The notes under the pieces: generated by a model
What the model saw: the letters and a program-made list of their open reading frames with translations, nothing else
The model's database searches: none
Told to the model about the DNA's origin: nothing
Translations under genes and position numbers: made by a program
Shown here: positions 49,391-60,302 of the stretch, piece by piece
How positions within the stretch are numbered: position 1 is the stretch's first letter
How the letters are laid out: the number at the start of each line of letters is the position of its first letter
NCBI GenBank assembly: GCA_963736025.1
Contig: CAVTNH010000010.1
Span: 184,506-248,505 of the forward strand
Reading direction: 5' to 3'
Length of the DNA: 64,000 nt
From: an uncultured Chloroflexia bacterium
Lineage (GTDB): Bacteria > Chloroflexota > Limnocylindria > Limnocylindrales > CSP1-4

Positions 49391-50800
49391 ATGAACACTC
49401 GACGAGCGATCACCCTGACAGCGCTGCTCGCGCTGGTCATCGGGGCCTGTTCACCAGCCGCAACGACGGCGCCGAGCGCGGCTTCGGCCGCACCGCCGTC
49501 GGCCGCCCCATCCGCGGCCCCGTCCGGGTCGGCCGAGGCATCGGCCCCGGCAGCCTCTCCCACCGCGGAAGTCCTCGCGCCGGATCCGGCCGAGGCGGTC
49601 ATCACCGGCATCGAACCCGGCGCGACCATCGAGTTCTGGACGTTCTTCCTGTCGCCGACGTTCGACCAGTACATCAAGGACACCATCGCCCGCTTCGAGG
49701 CGACCTACCCGGGCGTGACCGTCAAGTGGAACGACCACCAGGGCACGTTCAAGGACGACCTCAACAACGCCTTCTCCGCGGGCATCGCCCCGGACGTCAT
49801 CAACCTCTCGGTCAGCGAGGGCTGGGTCAGCGAGTACGCCGACAAGGGCCTGCTGCTCGGCCTCGACAGCACGGTCCCCAAGGCCGTCCAGGACATCTAC
49901 TTCCCGAACCTCTGGAAGCAGCAGCTCATCGACGGCGTGAACTACCAGTTCCCCTGGTACCAGGGCCTCAACGTCGAGCTGATCAACAAGGCCATCATGG
50001 AGAAGGCCGGCGTCAGCGTCGACGCCTTCCCCAAGACCATCGACGGCCTGCCCGCCCTGTGCAAGACGATCCTCGCGAAGGCCGCGGCCCAGTGCGCCAT
50101 CCGCCTGACGGTCAGCGACCTGCTCGCCCAGATGGTCTACGAGGGCGGCGTCAAGGTCTTCAGCGACGACGGCAAGTCCTTTGCCTTCAACTCGCCCGAG
50201 GGCGTGGCATGGCTGCAGATGTACGCCGACATGAACAACGTCGACAAGACCCTCGACGCGACGGTCCTGACCGGCGATGACCGGATCGGCCTCAACGCCT
50301 TCTCGGCCGGCGCCGCGCCGTTCTACGCCACGGGCCCGAACCTGGCCCGCCAGGTCAAGGACACCAACGCGACGCTGTACGGCAATCTCGCGATGGTCCC
50401 CTCGCCGCTCGGCAAGTCCGGCGTGGCGGGCAAGGGCCTGATGTCGATCTCCGTCAAGAAGGACACCAAGTTCCCGAACGCGTCCATCGCCCTCGCGCAG
50501 TTCTTCACGAACCCGCGGAGCATGGTCCAGTTCGCCAAGCAGGTCGCGATCTACCCGTCCTCGCCGGCGGCGTATGACGACCCGTTCTTCTCGACGCCGC
50601 CGACCGCCATCGAGGACGCGGCGCGGTCCATCGCCAAGGAAACCGTGGCGACGTATCAGGACATCGTCCCGACCGTCCCCAACAAGGCCGATGTCAACGA
50701 CATCGTCCGTAAGGCCGTCGAATCGGCGATCTTCGGTGGCGTCGCCGTCCAGGAGGCGCTCGACAAGGCCGTCGCCGACGCGAACAAGCTCCTGAAGTAG
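49391..50800 (+). CDS. ABC transporter sugar-binding lipoprotein (family 1 SBP)
   Basis: AAGGAGGA SD. Lipobox LALVIGAC. Motifs WTFFLSPTFDQYIKDTIARFEATYPGVTVKWNDHQG and FPWYQGLNVELINK. Confidence 0.9.
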   Translation: MNTRRAITLTALLALVIGACSPAATTAPSAASAAPPSAAPSAAPSGSAEASAPAASPTAEVLAPDPAEAVITGIEPGATIEFWTFFLSPTFDQYIKDTIARFEATYPGVTVKWNDHQGTFKDDLNNAFSAGIAPDVINLSVSEGWVSEYADKGLLLGLDSTVPKAVQDIYFPNLWKQQLIDGVNYQFPWYQGLNVELINKAIMEKAGVSVDAFPKTIDGLPALCKTILAKAAAQCAIRLTVSDLLAQMVYEGGVKVFSDDGKSFAFNSPEGVAWLQMYADMNNVDKTLDATVLTGDDRIGLNAFSAGAAPFYATGPNLARQVKDTNATLYGNLAMVPSPLGKSGVAGKGLMSISVKKDTKFPNASIALAQFFTNPRSMVQFAKQVAIYPSSPAAYDDPFFSTPPTAIEDAARSIAKETVATYQDIVPTVPNKADVNDIVRKAVESAIFGGVAVQEALDKAVADANKLLK

Positions 50801-50843
50801 GTCTCACCGGCTCCGCGGCCCGGTCCCCGGGTTCGCAACCGAG

Positions 50844-50875
50844 CACTGGCCCGTCCCATCCGGGGCGGGCCAGTG
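50844..50875 (+). other. intra-operon stem-loop after the SBP gene
   Basis: 10-bp stem CACTGGCCCG ... CGGGCCAGTG with a 12-nt loop and no T-tract. Typical position for a transcript-stabilising or attenuating hairpin in ABC operons. Confidence 0.5.
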
Positions 50876-50907
50876 TCGTCAGCGCCACGTACGATCGGGA
50901 TCACGAC

Positions 50908-51786
50908 ATGACCAGGAAGCGCTCGCTCACGCCATACACGTTCCTGCTGCCGGCGCTCGCGCTGCTCGGGATCTTCGTCGTGTACCCGATCATCGCGGTC
51001 GTCTACTACAGCTTCACCGACTACGACATCGCGACGCCGCCGGTCTGGGTCGGGCTCGACAACTTCGCGAAGCTGCTCGACGACGAGACGTTCCGGCTGG
51101 CCGTCGTCCACTCGTTCGTGTACCTGCTGGTCACGCCGATCCTGGTCGTCCTCTCGATCGGGCTCGCCATCGTCGTCAACCGCCGCATGCGCGGCATCCA
51201 CATCTTCCGGGCGCTGTACTTCGTGCCCGCGGTCAGCGGCAGCATCGCCATCGGCCTGGCCTGGCGCTGGCTGTTCGACCGGAACGGCTTCCTCAACAGC
51301 GTCCTCCAGTCGTGGGGAGTCATCGACCAGCCCGTCCAGTGGCTGACGACGCCGGCATTCGTGCTGCCGATCGCGATGCTGCTCACGATCTGGGCCGGCG
51401 TCGGCTACTACTCGGTCATCTTCCTCGCCGGTCTCCAGAACATCTCCGAGGACCTGTACGACGCGGCCCGGATCGACGGCTGCAGCGACTTCCAGAAGCA
51501 CCGCTACGTCAGCATCCCGGGACTCCGGCCGCAGATCGTCTTCGTCACCGTCATCTCCAGCCTGGCCGCGCTGAAGGTGTTCGACGAGATCTACGTGCTG
51601 ACGAACCGGACCGGCGGGATCCTCGACTCCGGCGTGACGATGGTCTTCTACCTCTGGAAACAGGCCTTCGTGAACAGCCACGCGGGCTACGCGTCGGCGA
51701 TCGCGATCGCCCTGCTCGCCATCACCCTGGTCTTCTCGATCTTCAACGTCCGGCTCCTCGAACGGCGCGAGGAGGGCGACGCATGA
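50908..51786 (+). CDS. carbohydrate ABC transporter permease (MalF/UgpA-like)
   Basis: Intact 292-aa ORF with six hydrophobic segments. EAA-type loop DLYDAARIDGCSDFQKHRYVSIPGLRP. Confidence 0.9.
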   Translation: MTRKRSLTPYTFLLPALALLGIFVVYPIIAVVYYSFTDYDIATPPVWVGLDNFAKLLDDETFRLAVVHSFVYLLVTPILVVLSIGLAIVVNRRMRGIHIFRALYFVPAVSGSIAIGLAWRWLFDRNGFLNSVLQSWGVIDQPVQWLTTPAFVLPIAMLLTIWAGVGYYSVIFLAGLQNISEDLYDAARIDGCSDFQKHRYVSIPGLRPQIVFVTVISSLAALKVFDEIYVLTNRTGGILDSGVTMVFYLWKQAFVNSHAGYASAIAIALLAITLVFSIFNVRLLERREEGDA

Positions 51787-52680
51787 GCAGCGCCCCGATG
51801 ATCCAGATCGCGGAGCCCGTGGTCGAGCTCCGACGGGCTCGTCGCCGGCCGCGGCCCCGGGCCGTCGCCGCAAGCGGGCTCTGGTACATCGTGCTCATCG
51901 CCCTCGCCGTCATCACGGTCTTCCCGTTCTTCTGGATGCTGATGACGTCGCTGAAGGGCCCGAACGACCCGGTCTACTCGATCCCGCCGCAGATCATCCC
52001 GAGCGACCCGACGCATCGCCGCGTACCAGCGCGTCCTCGAGACGCTCCCGATCCCGACGTTCTTCATGAACAGCCTGATCGTGGCGGTGGCCGTCGGGTT
52101 GCTCAACGTCCTGGTCGCCGCGATGGCCGCCTACCCGCTGGCGAAGATGCGGTTCCGCGGCCGCAGCACGATCTTCTACCTGCTCCTCGCGACGCTGATC
52201 GTGCCCGCGCAGCTGACCTACATCCCGAGCTTCATCCTCGCGGTCAACGTCTTCCAGTACTACGACACGCTGCCGGCGCTGATCTTCCCGAACCTCGTGA
52301 GCGCCTTCAACATCTTCCTGTTGCGACAGGCCTTCCGGGGCGTGCCCAACGACCTCACCGACGCGGCGCGCGTCGACGGCGCGGGGGAGTGGCGGATCTG
52401 GTGGTCGATCCTGTTGCCCATCGTCCGGCCGTCGCTGGCGGCGGTCGCGATCTTCACCTTCGTCACGTCCTGGAACGACTTCCTGTGGCCGTCGCTGATG
52501 CTCCACACCAAGGAGGGCCTGACGCTGCCGGTCGGGCTCGCGGCGCTGCAGAGCTTCTTCCAGTCCGACTTCCGATCGATCGCGGCCGGGGTCACGATCA
52601 CGGTCATCCCGATCCTGCTGTTCTTCATCCTCGTGCAGCGGTACTTCGTCCGCGGCCTCGCGGGCGCGGTCAAGGGGTGA
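51783..52680 (+). CDS. carbohydrate ABC transporter permease (MalG/UgpE-like); apparent 1-nt insertion near 52012
   Basis: ATGA overlap. VFPFFWMLMTSLKGPND...IIPSDPT joined to IAAYQRVLETLPIPTFFMNSLIV. Loop DLTDAARVDGAGEWRIWWSILLPIVRP. Confidence 0.85.
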
Positions 52681-54454
52681 CGGATCGGGCGATCCTCGGG
52701 CGGGTGATGCTCGCGTTCGACGGCGAGACACTGCCGGACTGGGTCGCGGAGCGGCTGGCCGAGGCGCCGGCGGCCGGGATGACGGTGTTCCGGCACTTCA
52801 ACGTGCGGTCGCCGGGGCAGATGCGCGAGCTGACCGAGGCGTTCCAGCGAGCTGGCGCGGCGTGGGGCGCGGCGCTCAACGGTCCGCGCCCGCCCCGATG
52901 CTCGTCGCGGCGGACCAGGAGGGCGGCCAGCTCCTCGCCCTCGGCGACGGTCCGACGGCGTTCGCCGGGAACATGGCGCTCGGCGCCGTCGGCGATGCGG
53001 ACCTCGCGGAACGCGTCGGCGAGGCCATCGGACGCGAGGCGCGGGCCATGGGCGTCAACGTCGTCTATGCCCCGGACATGGACGTGGCGACCAACCCGAC
53101 CAACCCGGCCCTCGGGATCCGCTCGTTCGGCGACGACGCGGCCGAGGTCGGGCGACTGGGGGCGGCGATGGTCCGCGGCCTGCAACGAGCCGGTGTGGCC
53201 TCGGGGATCAAGCACTTCCCGGGTCTCGGCGAGGCGGCCGTCGACACGCACCACGGCGTCGCGACCGTCGGCGGCTCGCGCGAGCGGATGGCGGCCGTGG
53301 AGCTGGTGCCGTTCCGGGCCGGCATCGAGGCCGGCGCCCGGCTCGTCATGTCCGCGCACGTCGCCGCGCCGGCCCTCGCCGATGGCTCGATGCGTCCGGC
53401 GACGCTGTCGCGGGCCGTCATGACCGGCGTCCTCCGTTCGGAGCTCGGGTTCGATGGCGTGTCGATCAGCGACGCGCTCGACATGGGTGCCATCGCCCAG
53501 GGTCCGGGCCAGGGGGCCGACATCATCGCCGCGGCCCAGGCCGGCGTGGACCTGTTCCTGTGCTCGCCCGACCGCGATGCCCTCGGCCGGATCGAAGGGA
53601 CGCTGGTCGACGCCGCGGACCGCGGTCACATCGACGCCTCCGCCGTCGCGGCGTCGCTGGCGCGTGTCGAGGGGCTGCGGCGGTGGCTGGGCTCGGTCGG
53701 ACCGGCGCCGGACCTCGCGGTCGTCGGCTGCGCGGAGCATCGCGCGCTGTCCCGCGAGCTGGCGGAGCGCTCGATGACGCTGGTCCGGGACGACGCGGGG
53801 CGGCTCCCGCTGCGGCTGCCCGCCGAGGCCACGATCCTCGCCGTCATGCCGACGCCGACCGACCTGACCCCGGCCGACACGTCGTCGGTCGTCGCGCCCG
53901 GGTTGGCCCGGGCCCTTCGAGCGAGGCACGGCCGGGTGGAGGAGCTCGTGGTGCCGATCGCGCCAACGGACGCGGACATCGCGGCCGCGCGTGAGCGTGC
54001 GCGCGACGCGGACCTCGTGGTCGTCGGGACGATCGATTCGGTGCGGCATCCCGGCCAGGCCGCGCTGGTCGATGCGCTCGCGGCGACCGGCACGCCGACG
54101 ATCGCGGTCGCCCTGCGCACGCCGTGGGACGTCGCGACGTACCCGAGCGCCGTCACGGCCGCCTGCACGTACTCGATCCTGCCCGACTCGCTCGACGCCC
54201 TGGCCGCGGCGCTGTTCGGCGCGATCCCGTTCGCCGGCCGGCTCCCCGTCGCGGTCGATGGCGTCGAGTCGGCCGAACTCCGCCAGATGACGTTCGGCGG
54301 AGCCGTGGCGCGCGACCAGGCGTCTGGCGCCGACGTGGCGATCGTGCGGGATCGGCCGTCGCGGCGCCTCGAGCCCGAAGTCGCCTTACGCTCCGCGGCG
54401 ATCTGGCGGAGTCCGCCCAGGCCGGCCCGCGGTGCGACCATGACCGCGCGATGA
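52677..54454 (+). CDS. glycoside hydrolase family 3 (beta-N-acetylhexosaminidase/NagZ-like); apparent 1-nt deletion near 52885
   Basis: GTGA overlap with the permease gene. LVAADQEGGQL, NPALGIRSFG, GIKHFPGLGEAAVDTH, GVSISDALDMGA. Last roughly 55 codons are of uncertain validity. Confidence 0.85.
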
Positions 54455-55501
54455 CCCTCCGCGACGAGATCCTCGAACAGCCGGCCGCCGCCAGCCGGTT
54501 CCTCGCGACGCAGTCGGCGTCCGTGGACGCGATCGCCGAATCGATCCGCAGCCGCGAGATCGACCACGTGGTCGTCGCCGCCCGCGGCTCCTCGGACCAT
54601 GCCGCGATCTACGCGCAGTACGTGCTGGGCGTCCGGAACGGGCTCACGGTCGGGCTCGCGACGCCGTCGGTCGTGTCCGTGTACGGCGCGGAGCCGCGGC
54701 TGACGCGGACCCTCGTCCTGGCCATCAGCCAGTCGGGCGCGTCGCCGGACATCGTCGCGGTCGTGGACGCGGCCCGTCGCCAGGGCGCCCCGACCGTGGC
54801 CCTGACCAACGACCCGTCCTCGCCGCTCGCGGAACGGGCCGACTGGACGCTCGATCTGTCGGCCGGCCCGGAACGGGCGATCGCCGCGACCAAGACGTAC
54901 ACCGCTTCGCTGCTCGCCGTCGCGGCGCTGTCCGCGGCGCTCATGACGGACGCGGCCGCGCGCGCCGCGGACCAGGCGGCCGTGGCACGGATCCCGGACG
55001 CCCTCGCGGCGATGCTCGACCCTCGAACCGGAGATGGAGCGCATCGCGCGCGACCAGGCCGCCGCGGACCGGCTGCTCGTCATCGCCCGCGGCTTCGAAT
55101 ACGCCACCGCGCGCGAGTGGGCCATCAAGATCAAGGAGCTCGCCCACGTCTTCGCGGATCCGTACTCCGCGGCCGACTTCCAGCACGGGCCGGTGGCGCT
55201 GGTGGAGCCTGGCGTGCCGGTCATCGCGATCGTGCGGGACGGCCCGACGGCGGCCGGGCTCATCGAACAGCTCGCGCGCCTGCGCGAGGACCTCGACGCG
55301 CAGCTCGCGATCGTCTCGGACGTGCCGGCAGCCCTGGCGTCGGCGACCTGGCCGGTCGCGGTCGCGCCGCCACCGGCCGAGTGGCTCGCCCCGATCGCGA
55401 CGATCGTCGCCGGCCAGCTCCACGCGATGGCCCTGACGATCGCGCGCGGCCTCGACCCGGACGCGCCCCGCAACATCCACAAGGTGACGCGCACCCGCTG
55501 A
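54451..55501 (+). CDS. SIS-domain sugar-phosphate isomerase/deaminase (GlmS C-terminal-like, NagB-II type); apparent 1-nt insertion near 55022
   Basis: ATGA overlap. VVVAARGSSDHAA, LVLAISQSGASPDIV, ALTNDPSSPLA. AAMLD joined to LEPEMERIARDQAAADRLLVIARGFEYATAREWAIKIKE. Confidence 0.85.
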
Positions 55502-55667
55502 CGCGGCACGCCTCCACCAACCGGCGCCCGGCCGCACCGGAACATCCGAATCGGCTCTGGCGTCGAACACGAACGTGAGCGAGCCTTCCGAGAGGCGCCT
55601 CTCATGACTCGCTCGGGCGAGCCGGTCTACTATTCGGTCGAGATACCTCCGCAAGAGGGCAGCGCGG

Positions 55668-56105
55668 ATGCGAAGGCGTCGGTTGTGGTTGCGACGAATC
55701 GGTCGGGCAGCCGGAACGGTGACCATCGGTCTCCTGATCGGTTTCCTCGTGCCGACCATCTCCAAGGATCTGTCGCCCCAGCCTGACATCCAGGCCAGCG
55801 TCCCCGAGTCGCCGCTCGCGCGCCAGTTCATCAATGCGTTCGCCGCCGACGACAAGGGCGCGCTCGACGCGCTGAAGGTGCGCTCCGACATCGAGCTCCG
55901 GGCGAGTCGCTTCCGCGCCGACTACGCCCGCGTCGACCCGCCCATCCATCTCGGCTCGTTCGTCGGTGGCGGGTACACGGTCCACGCGTACGGCATCCAC
56001 GTCGTGCGTCGTGACGGCACCGAGGACACGATCAGCTGGCGCGTCGTGACGTCCGGCGGCCAGGTCGGCATCATCCTGCCGCCCAACCCGATCGAACCCG
56101 AATGA
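55668..56105 (+). CDS. membrane-anchored hypothetical protein (N-terminal TM plus small alpha+beta domain)
   Basis: MRRRRLWLRRIGRAAGTVTIGLLIGFLVP, then ARQFINAFAADDKGALDAL...GGGYTVHAYGIHVVRRDG. Confidence 0.65.
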   Translation: MRRRRLWLRRIGRAAGTVTIGLLIGFLVPTISKDLSPQPDIQASVPESPLARQFINAFAADDKGALDALKVRSDIELRASRFRADYARVDPPIHLGSFVGGGYTVHAYGIHVVRRDGTEDTISWRVVTSGGQVGIILPPNPIEPE

Positions 56106-56870
56106 GCGACGACGTTCGCGACCCGCTGACGCCGGACCCGGCTGGTCCTCTCGACCCGGCCGCGCCGCTCGAGCCCGACCGAACAGGTCGATCGAGCCGA
56201 CGCGCTCGACACGGGCGACGCCCTGACGCCTCCGCCGGCGCCGACACTGTCCGACGAGGAGCTCATGGCGCTCGCCGCGAGTGCCCCGATCCCGTCGTCG
56301 GACGAGATCGCGAGCATGGCGGCCGCGGCGGCCACCGCCCTGCCCCTCGCGGGCACGCACGGGGCACAGCTCCCGGACGCGATGGGCGACGAGCACACCA
56401 GCGTCGCGACGGCGCCTGCCGTCCCGCGTCGGGCCCGGCGCATGCGCATCAAGAGCTGGGGGATCCGCCTGGCCACGCTCCTCGTCACGCTGGCGCTGTT
56501 CGCCGGCGGGCTCGCCCTCGGGGCGCTCGCCTTCGACCGCAGCCAGCCGCCGGCCCCGACCGTCGGCGATCCGTCCACCGGCGGCGTCTCCGCCCCGGCG
56601 GTCGTCAGGGAGCTCGCGGACGCCCTGGCCACGAACAACTCCGATTCGCTCCGCTCCGCGGTGAGCGGCGACCCCTACCGGCTGCTCGCCGGCGAGATCC
56701 AGAGCTGGAACATGCAGGGAGTGACGTCGGTGCAGACCCTCGCGACCATGCAGGACGGGCCACGGTCCGTCACCGAGATCATCATCACCGGCCGCACGGC
56801 GGCGGGTGACCCGCTGGTCTTCAACCTCGTCGTCCACGTGACGGACAACCAGATCGTGAACTTCCGATGA
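56102..56870 (+). CDS. membrane-anchored hypothetical protein, paralogous architecture; apparent 1-nt insertion near 56175
   Basis: ATGA overlap. Acidic/Pro-rich N-terminus, TM segment IRLATLLVTLALFAGGLALGALAF, then VRELADALATNNSDSLRSAV...VTEIIITGRTAAGDPLVFNLVVHVTDNQIVNF. Confidence 0.6.
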
Positions 56871-58811
56871 GGCGCCTGGGCCGCATGGGCTCGAACCTGA
56901 CCTTCATCTGGAACAAGAACCTCTGGCGGCTCCTGGCCGTCCTTGCCATCCTGACGGTCCTGATCGCGCTGAACGGCACGGTCATGGTCGTCCAGTCGTT
57001 CTTCTCGTTCCTCACGTCCGCGCCGGCACTCGCGATCCAGCTCGGGTTCGCGCTGGCCTTCGGCATCCTCCAGTTCGCCGGGATCATGTGGTTCCTGTCC
57101 CGACCGCGGAGGTACACGATCAAGCCCGACGACCCGCAGATCGGCATGTCGTTCGCGGACTACCGCGGCCAGCCGGACCTCCTGGAGCACGCCAAGGTCA
57201 CGGTCGGCATCCTGCGCGGCGTCAAGGAGTTCGAGTCGCGCGGCGGCGAGATGCCCAAGGGCATGCTGCTGTCGGGCGCGCCGGGCACCGGCAAGACGTT
57301 CCTCGCCGCGGTCATCGCCGCCGAGGCGAACCTGCCGTTCATCTACATCGACGCGAGCTCGCTGCGCGGCATGTTCTGGGGCATGACCGAGCTCATGGTC
57401 ATGAAGCTCTTCCGCGATGCGCGCGGCCTCGGCCGGAAGTACGCGTCGCCCGGCCAGCGCGGCGCCTGCATCATGTTCATGGACGAGATCGACTCGATCG
57501 GCATGAACCGCGGCGGCCAGGGCGGCCAGGGCGGGATGATGATGGGCGGGATGATGATGGGCGGCGGGACCGGCCTCAACACCCTGCTCAACCAGATGGA
57601 CTCGCTCTCGGACCACGTCGAGGACCGCTGGCGACACAAGATCCTGCGCTGGTTCGGCATCGAGCGCGGGCCGGTCAAGAACAAGCCGCTCGTCTTCGTC
57701 ATCGGCGCGACCAACCGCCCGTCTGTCCTCGACCCGGCCCTGACCCGCCCGGGCCGGCTCGATCGCATCATCGAGGTCCACCGGCCCGACGCCGAGGGCC
57801 GGGTCGACATCATCCGCGCACTATCTCTCGAAGAAGGCCCACGACCCGGACATCCCGATGGAGCTGCTCATCAACGACTCGATGGGCTGGACCCCGATCC
57901 AGATCAAGACGATCATCAACGAGGCGCTCATCCACGCGCACCAGGACGGCCGCGAGTACCTGACCTACAAGGACTGGCTCGACGCCGCCGACGAGCGGGC
58001 CCTCGGGCTCAAGCAGCCGATCCGGTCCTGGAACCTCACGGACCGGCGGGAGACGGCGTACCACGAGGCCGGACACGCGGTGGTCGCGCACTACCTGCGG
58101 CCGGAGCACCGGATCTCGAAGGCGACGATCATCCGGCGCGGCCATGCGCTGGGCTACGTCCAGCAGCGCCCGCGCGAGGAGCGGACCTCGCTCTACGCGA
58201 AGTCGATCGAGACCCAGATCATGACCTCGCTGGCCGGTCACGTCGTCGAGAACCGGTTCCTCGACAAGCTCACGACCGGGCCGTCGAGCGACCTCCAATA
58301 CGCGACGCTGGCGGCCGAGGACTACGTCGGATCGCTCGCCATGGGCCCGACGAAGCTCGTCATCCCGATGCAGCCGGGCTCACCGCCGATCGGACCGGTG
58401 CTCGTCGGCGCGCACGAGCTGCTCGAGCAGCTCTACGAGGAGACCGAGCGACTGCTCCGGGAGAAGGAGCCGGCCGTCCACTACCTGGCCAAGGCGCTCA
58501 TCGAGCGGGACGAGCTGATCGGCCAGGAGCTCGAGGAGGTGTTCGCCGAGATCGAGGCCGCCTACCCGTATCTGCGACGGCCGTTCGAGCGCAAGCTCCT
58601 CACGTTCCGTTCGTTCGCGGAGCCCCGCGACCGGACGCCGACCGAGAGCTGGCAGCCCCCGGCCGCGGAAGAGGCGGCGGCCGACGAGCCGGCGGCGGAC
58701 GAACCCGCGGCAGACCGGCCCGGCGTCTGGCTCCCGCCGGCACCGGCATCGGCCGGGTCAGGCCGGCCCGGGATGCCGCTCGACGTCCCGCCGCCGTGGG
58801 CCCATCCTTGA
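56867..58811 (+). CDS. FtsH-like AAA+ zinc metalloprotease, atypical (no periplasmic domain, Gly/Met-rich insert); apparent 1-nt insertion near 57820
   Basis: ATGA overlap. Two N-terminal TM helices. Walker A GAPGTGKT, Walker B IMFMDEIDS, insert NRGGQGGQGGMMMGGMMMGGGTG, SRH VIGATNRPSVLDPALTRPGRLDR. DIIR joined to HYLSKKAHDPDIP across the shift. Zinc motif YHEAGHAVV. Confidence 0.9.
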
Positions 58812-58836
58812 GGGACGGCGCCTCGGTCCGCCCGGT

Positions 58837-59781
58837 CTAGAGGCCGCTGTAGGCGTGCAGGCCGCTGAACCAGAGCGAGCCCGAATAGGTCACGAGGACC
58901 ATCCCGAACCCGACCACGAGCAGGAGTGCGGCCGGCCGACCGGCCCATGACCGCTGGTTGCGCGCGTGCAGGTAGACCGCATAGGTCAGCCACGTGACGA
59001 GCGCGGCGGTCTCCTTCGGGTCCCAGCCCCAGTAGCGGGACCAGGCGATCGAGGCCCACCACGAGCCGAGGATGATCATCGTCGCGAAGATCGGGAAGCC
59101 GATGATGACCGCCCGGTAGGCGACCTCGTCGAGGACCTTGTGCGACGGCAGCCACGAGAACCGGTCGCCCTGGCCCTGGATGAGGTACGCGACGCCGGCC
59201 GCGAAGCTCGTCGCGAAGATCCCGTATGCGGTCACGGCCATGCCGACGTGGATGGTCAGCAGCGGCGCGTTCTGCAGAGCGGGCACGAGCGGCTTGATCT
59301 CGGACGGCAGGCTCGAGGCGTACAGGAGCATCGCGAGGGCGACGCCGGTCGGGATGAAGCCGATCGAGCGGATCGGGTAGCGGCGCTGCAGGAAGAGATA
59401 GCCGCCGACGATCGAGAACGCGAAGGCGACGCTGAACTCGAACATGTTGCCCCACGGCCCGCGCCCGACCACGATCGCGCGCGACAGCAACGAGAGGCCG
59501 AGGAAGACCCACGCGGTGGCCGTGATCCAGATCGCCGCCCGCGAGAGCGGGGTGGGGGAGGCGGCCGTGGTGGGGCCGGAGTTCGCCGCCCGGACCTGGC
59601 TGCTCACGAACGAGCCGGTGACGACGCCCGCGTAGGCCGGCTGGTTGGCGGTGACCAGCACCGGCAGGGTCCGCCGGCCGTTGGCCAGCATCACGGCATG
59701 GCCGACGTGCGCCGCGAACCCGATGGCGATCAGCAGCACGCCCATCGAGAAGAGCGTCGAGGAGAGGACTTCGAGGGTCAT
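58837..59781 (-). CDS. ccsA: cytochrome c biogenesis protein CcsA (ResC-like haem handling)
   Basis: Intact 314-aa ORF with multiple TM helices. Trp-rich motif WWASIAWSRYWGWDPKETAALVTW. Confidence 0.9.
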   Translation of the reverse strand: MTLEVLSSTLFSMGVLLIAIGFAAHVGHAVMLANGRRTLPVLVTANQPAYAGVVTGSFVSSQVRAANSGPTTAASPTPLSRAAIWITATAWVFLGLSLLSRAIVVGRGPWGNMFEFSVAFAFSIVGGYLFLQRRYPIRSIGFIPTGVALAMLLYASSLPSEIKPLVPALQNAPLLTIHVGMAVTAYGIFATSFAAGVAYLIQGQGDRFSWLPSHKVLDEVAYRAVIIGFPIFATMIILGSWWASIAWSRYWGWDPKETAALVTWLTYAVYLHARNQRSWAGRPAALLLVVGFGMVLVTYSGSLWFSGLHAYSGL

Positions 59782-59797
59782 CGTGTCAGTCGCCGGG

Positions 59798-60282
59798 TCA
59801 CGCGGCGGCGGCCCCGCCCGGCCGCGGGCCGGACGTCCGGATCGCGATCGCCCGGCTCTTCACCTTGAGGACGAGGCCGCAGTTCGTGCAGGTGTCGATC
59901 TCCGCGTCACGGCCCAGGCCGCACATCGGGCAGGTGACCGCGAGGAGCTCGCCCTCGCGCTCGCAGCGGATGACGCCCGACGGGTAGATGAGTCCGTGGC
60001 GCCGGCAGTGCGGCAGGCCGGCGGGAAGATCGGGCCGCCGTCGGCGCCGATCTCGGCGAAGCGCGGACCCTCGGCGAACTCGACCTTCGTGCGCGGCTTG
60101 CGGACCTGGTAGACGAGCATGCCGAGCATCGTGAAGGTGATGAACGGCGCGACGACCCCGAGAAGGATGATCAACGGCAGCAGGCCGATGAGCGCATTCC
60201 AGTCGGGGGTGATGAACAGCGCCGTGACTTCGAGGATCTTGGTCCAGATGTCTTCGAGGGCGTCGATGATCGTCACGCGCAA
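59798..60282 (-). CDS. membrane protein with C-terminal zinc-ribbon; apparent 1-nt deletion near 60025
   Basis: MRVTIIDALEDIWTKILEVTALFITPDWNALIGLLPLIILLGVVAPFITFTMLGMLVY. GGPIFP joined to AGLPHCRRHGLIYPSGVIRCEREGELLAVTCPMCGLGRDAEIDTCTNCG. Confidence 0.65.
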
Positions 60283-60302
60283 ATCCTAGCAGCGAAGGCG
60301 GC

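Noticed and set aside
57520-57565. Short tandem DNA repeat (GGGATGATGATGGGC x2)
   Set aside because: It lies inside the FtsH-like CDS and encodes the MMMGG duplication. It is a coding low-complexity repeat, not a CRISPR or satellite repeat.
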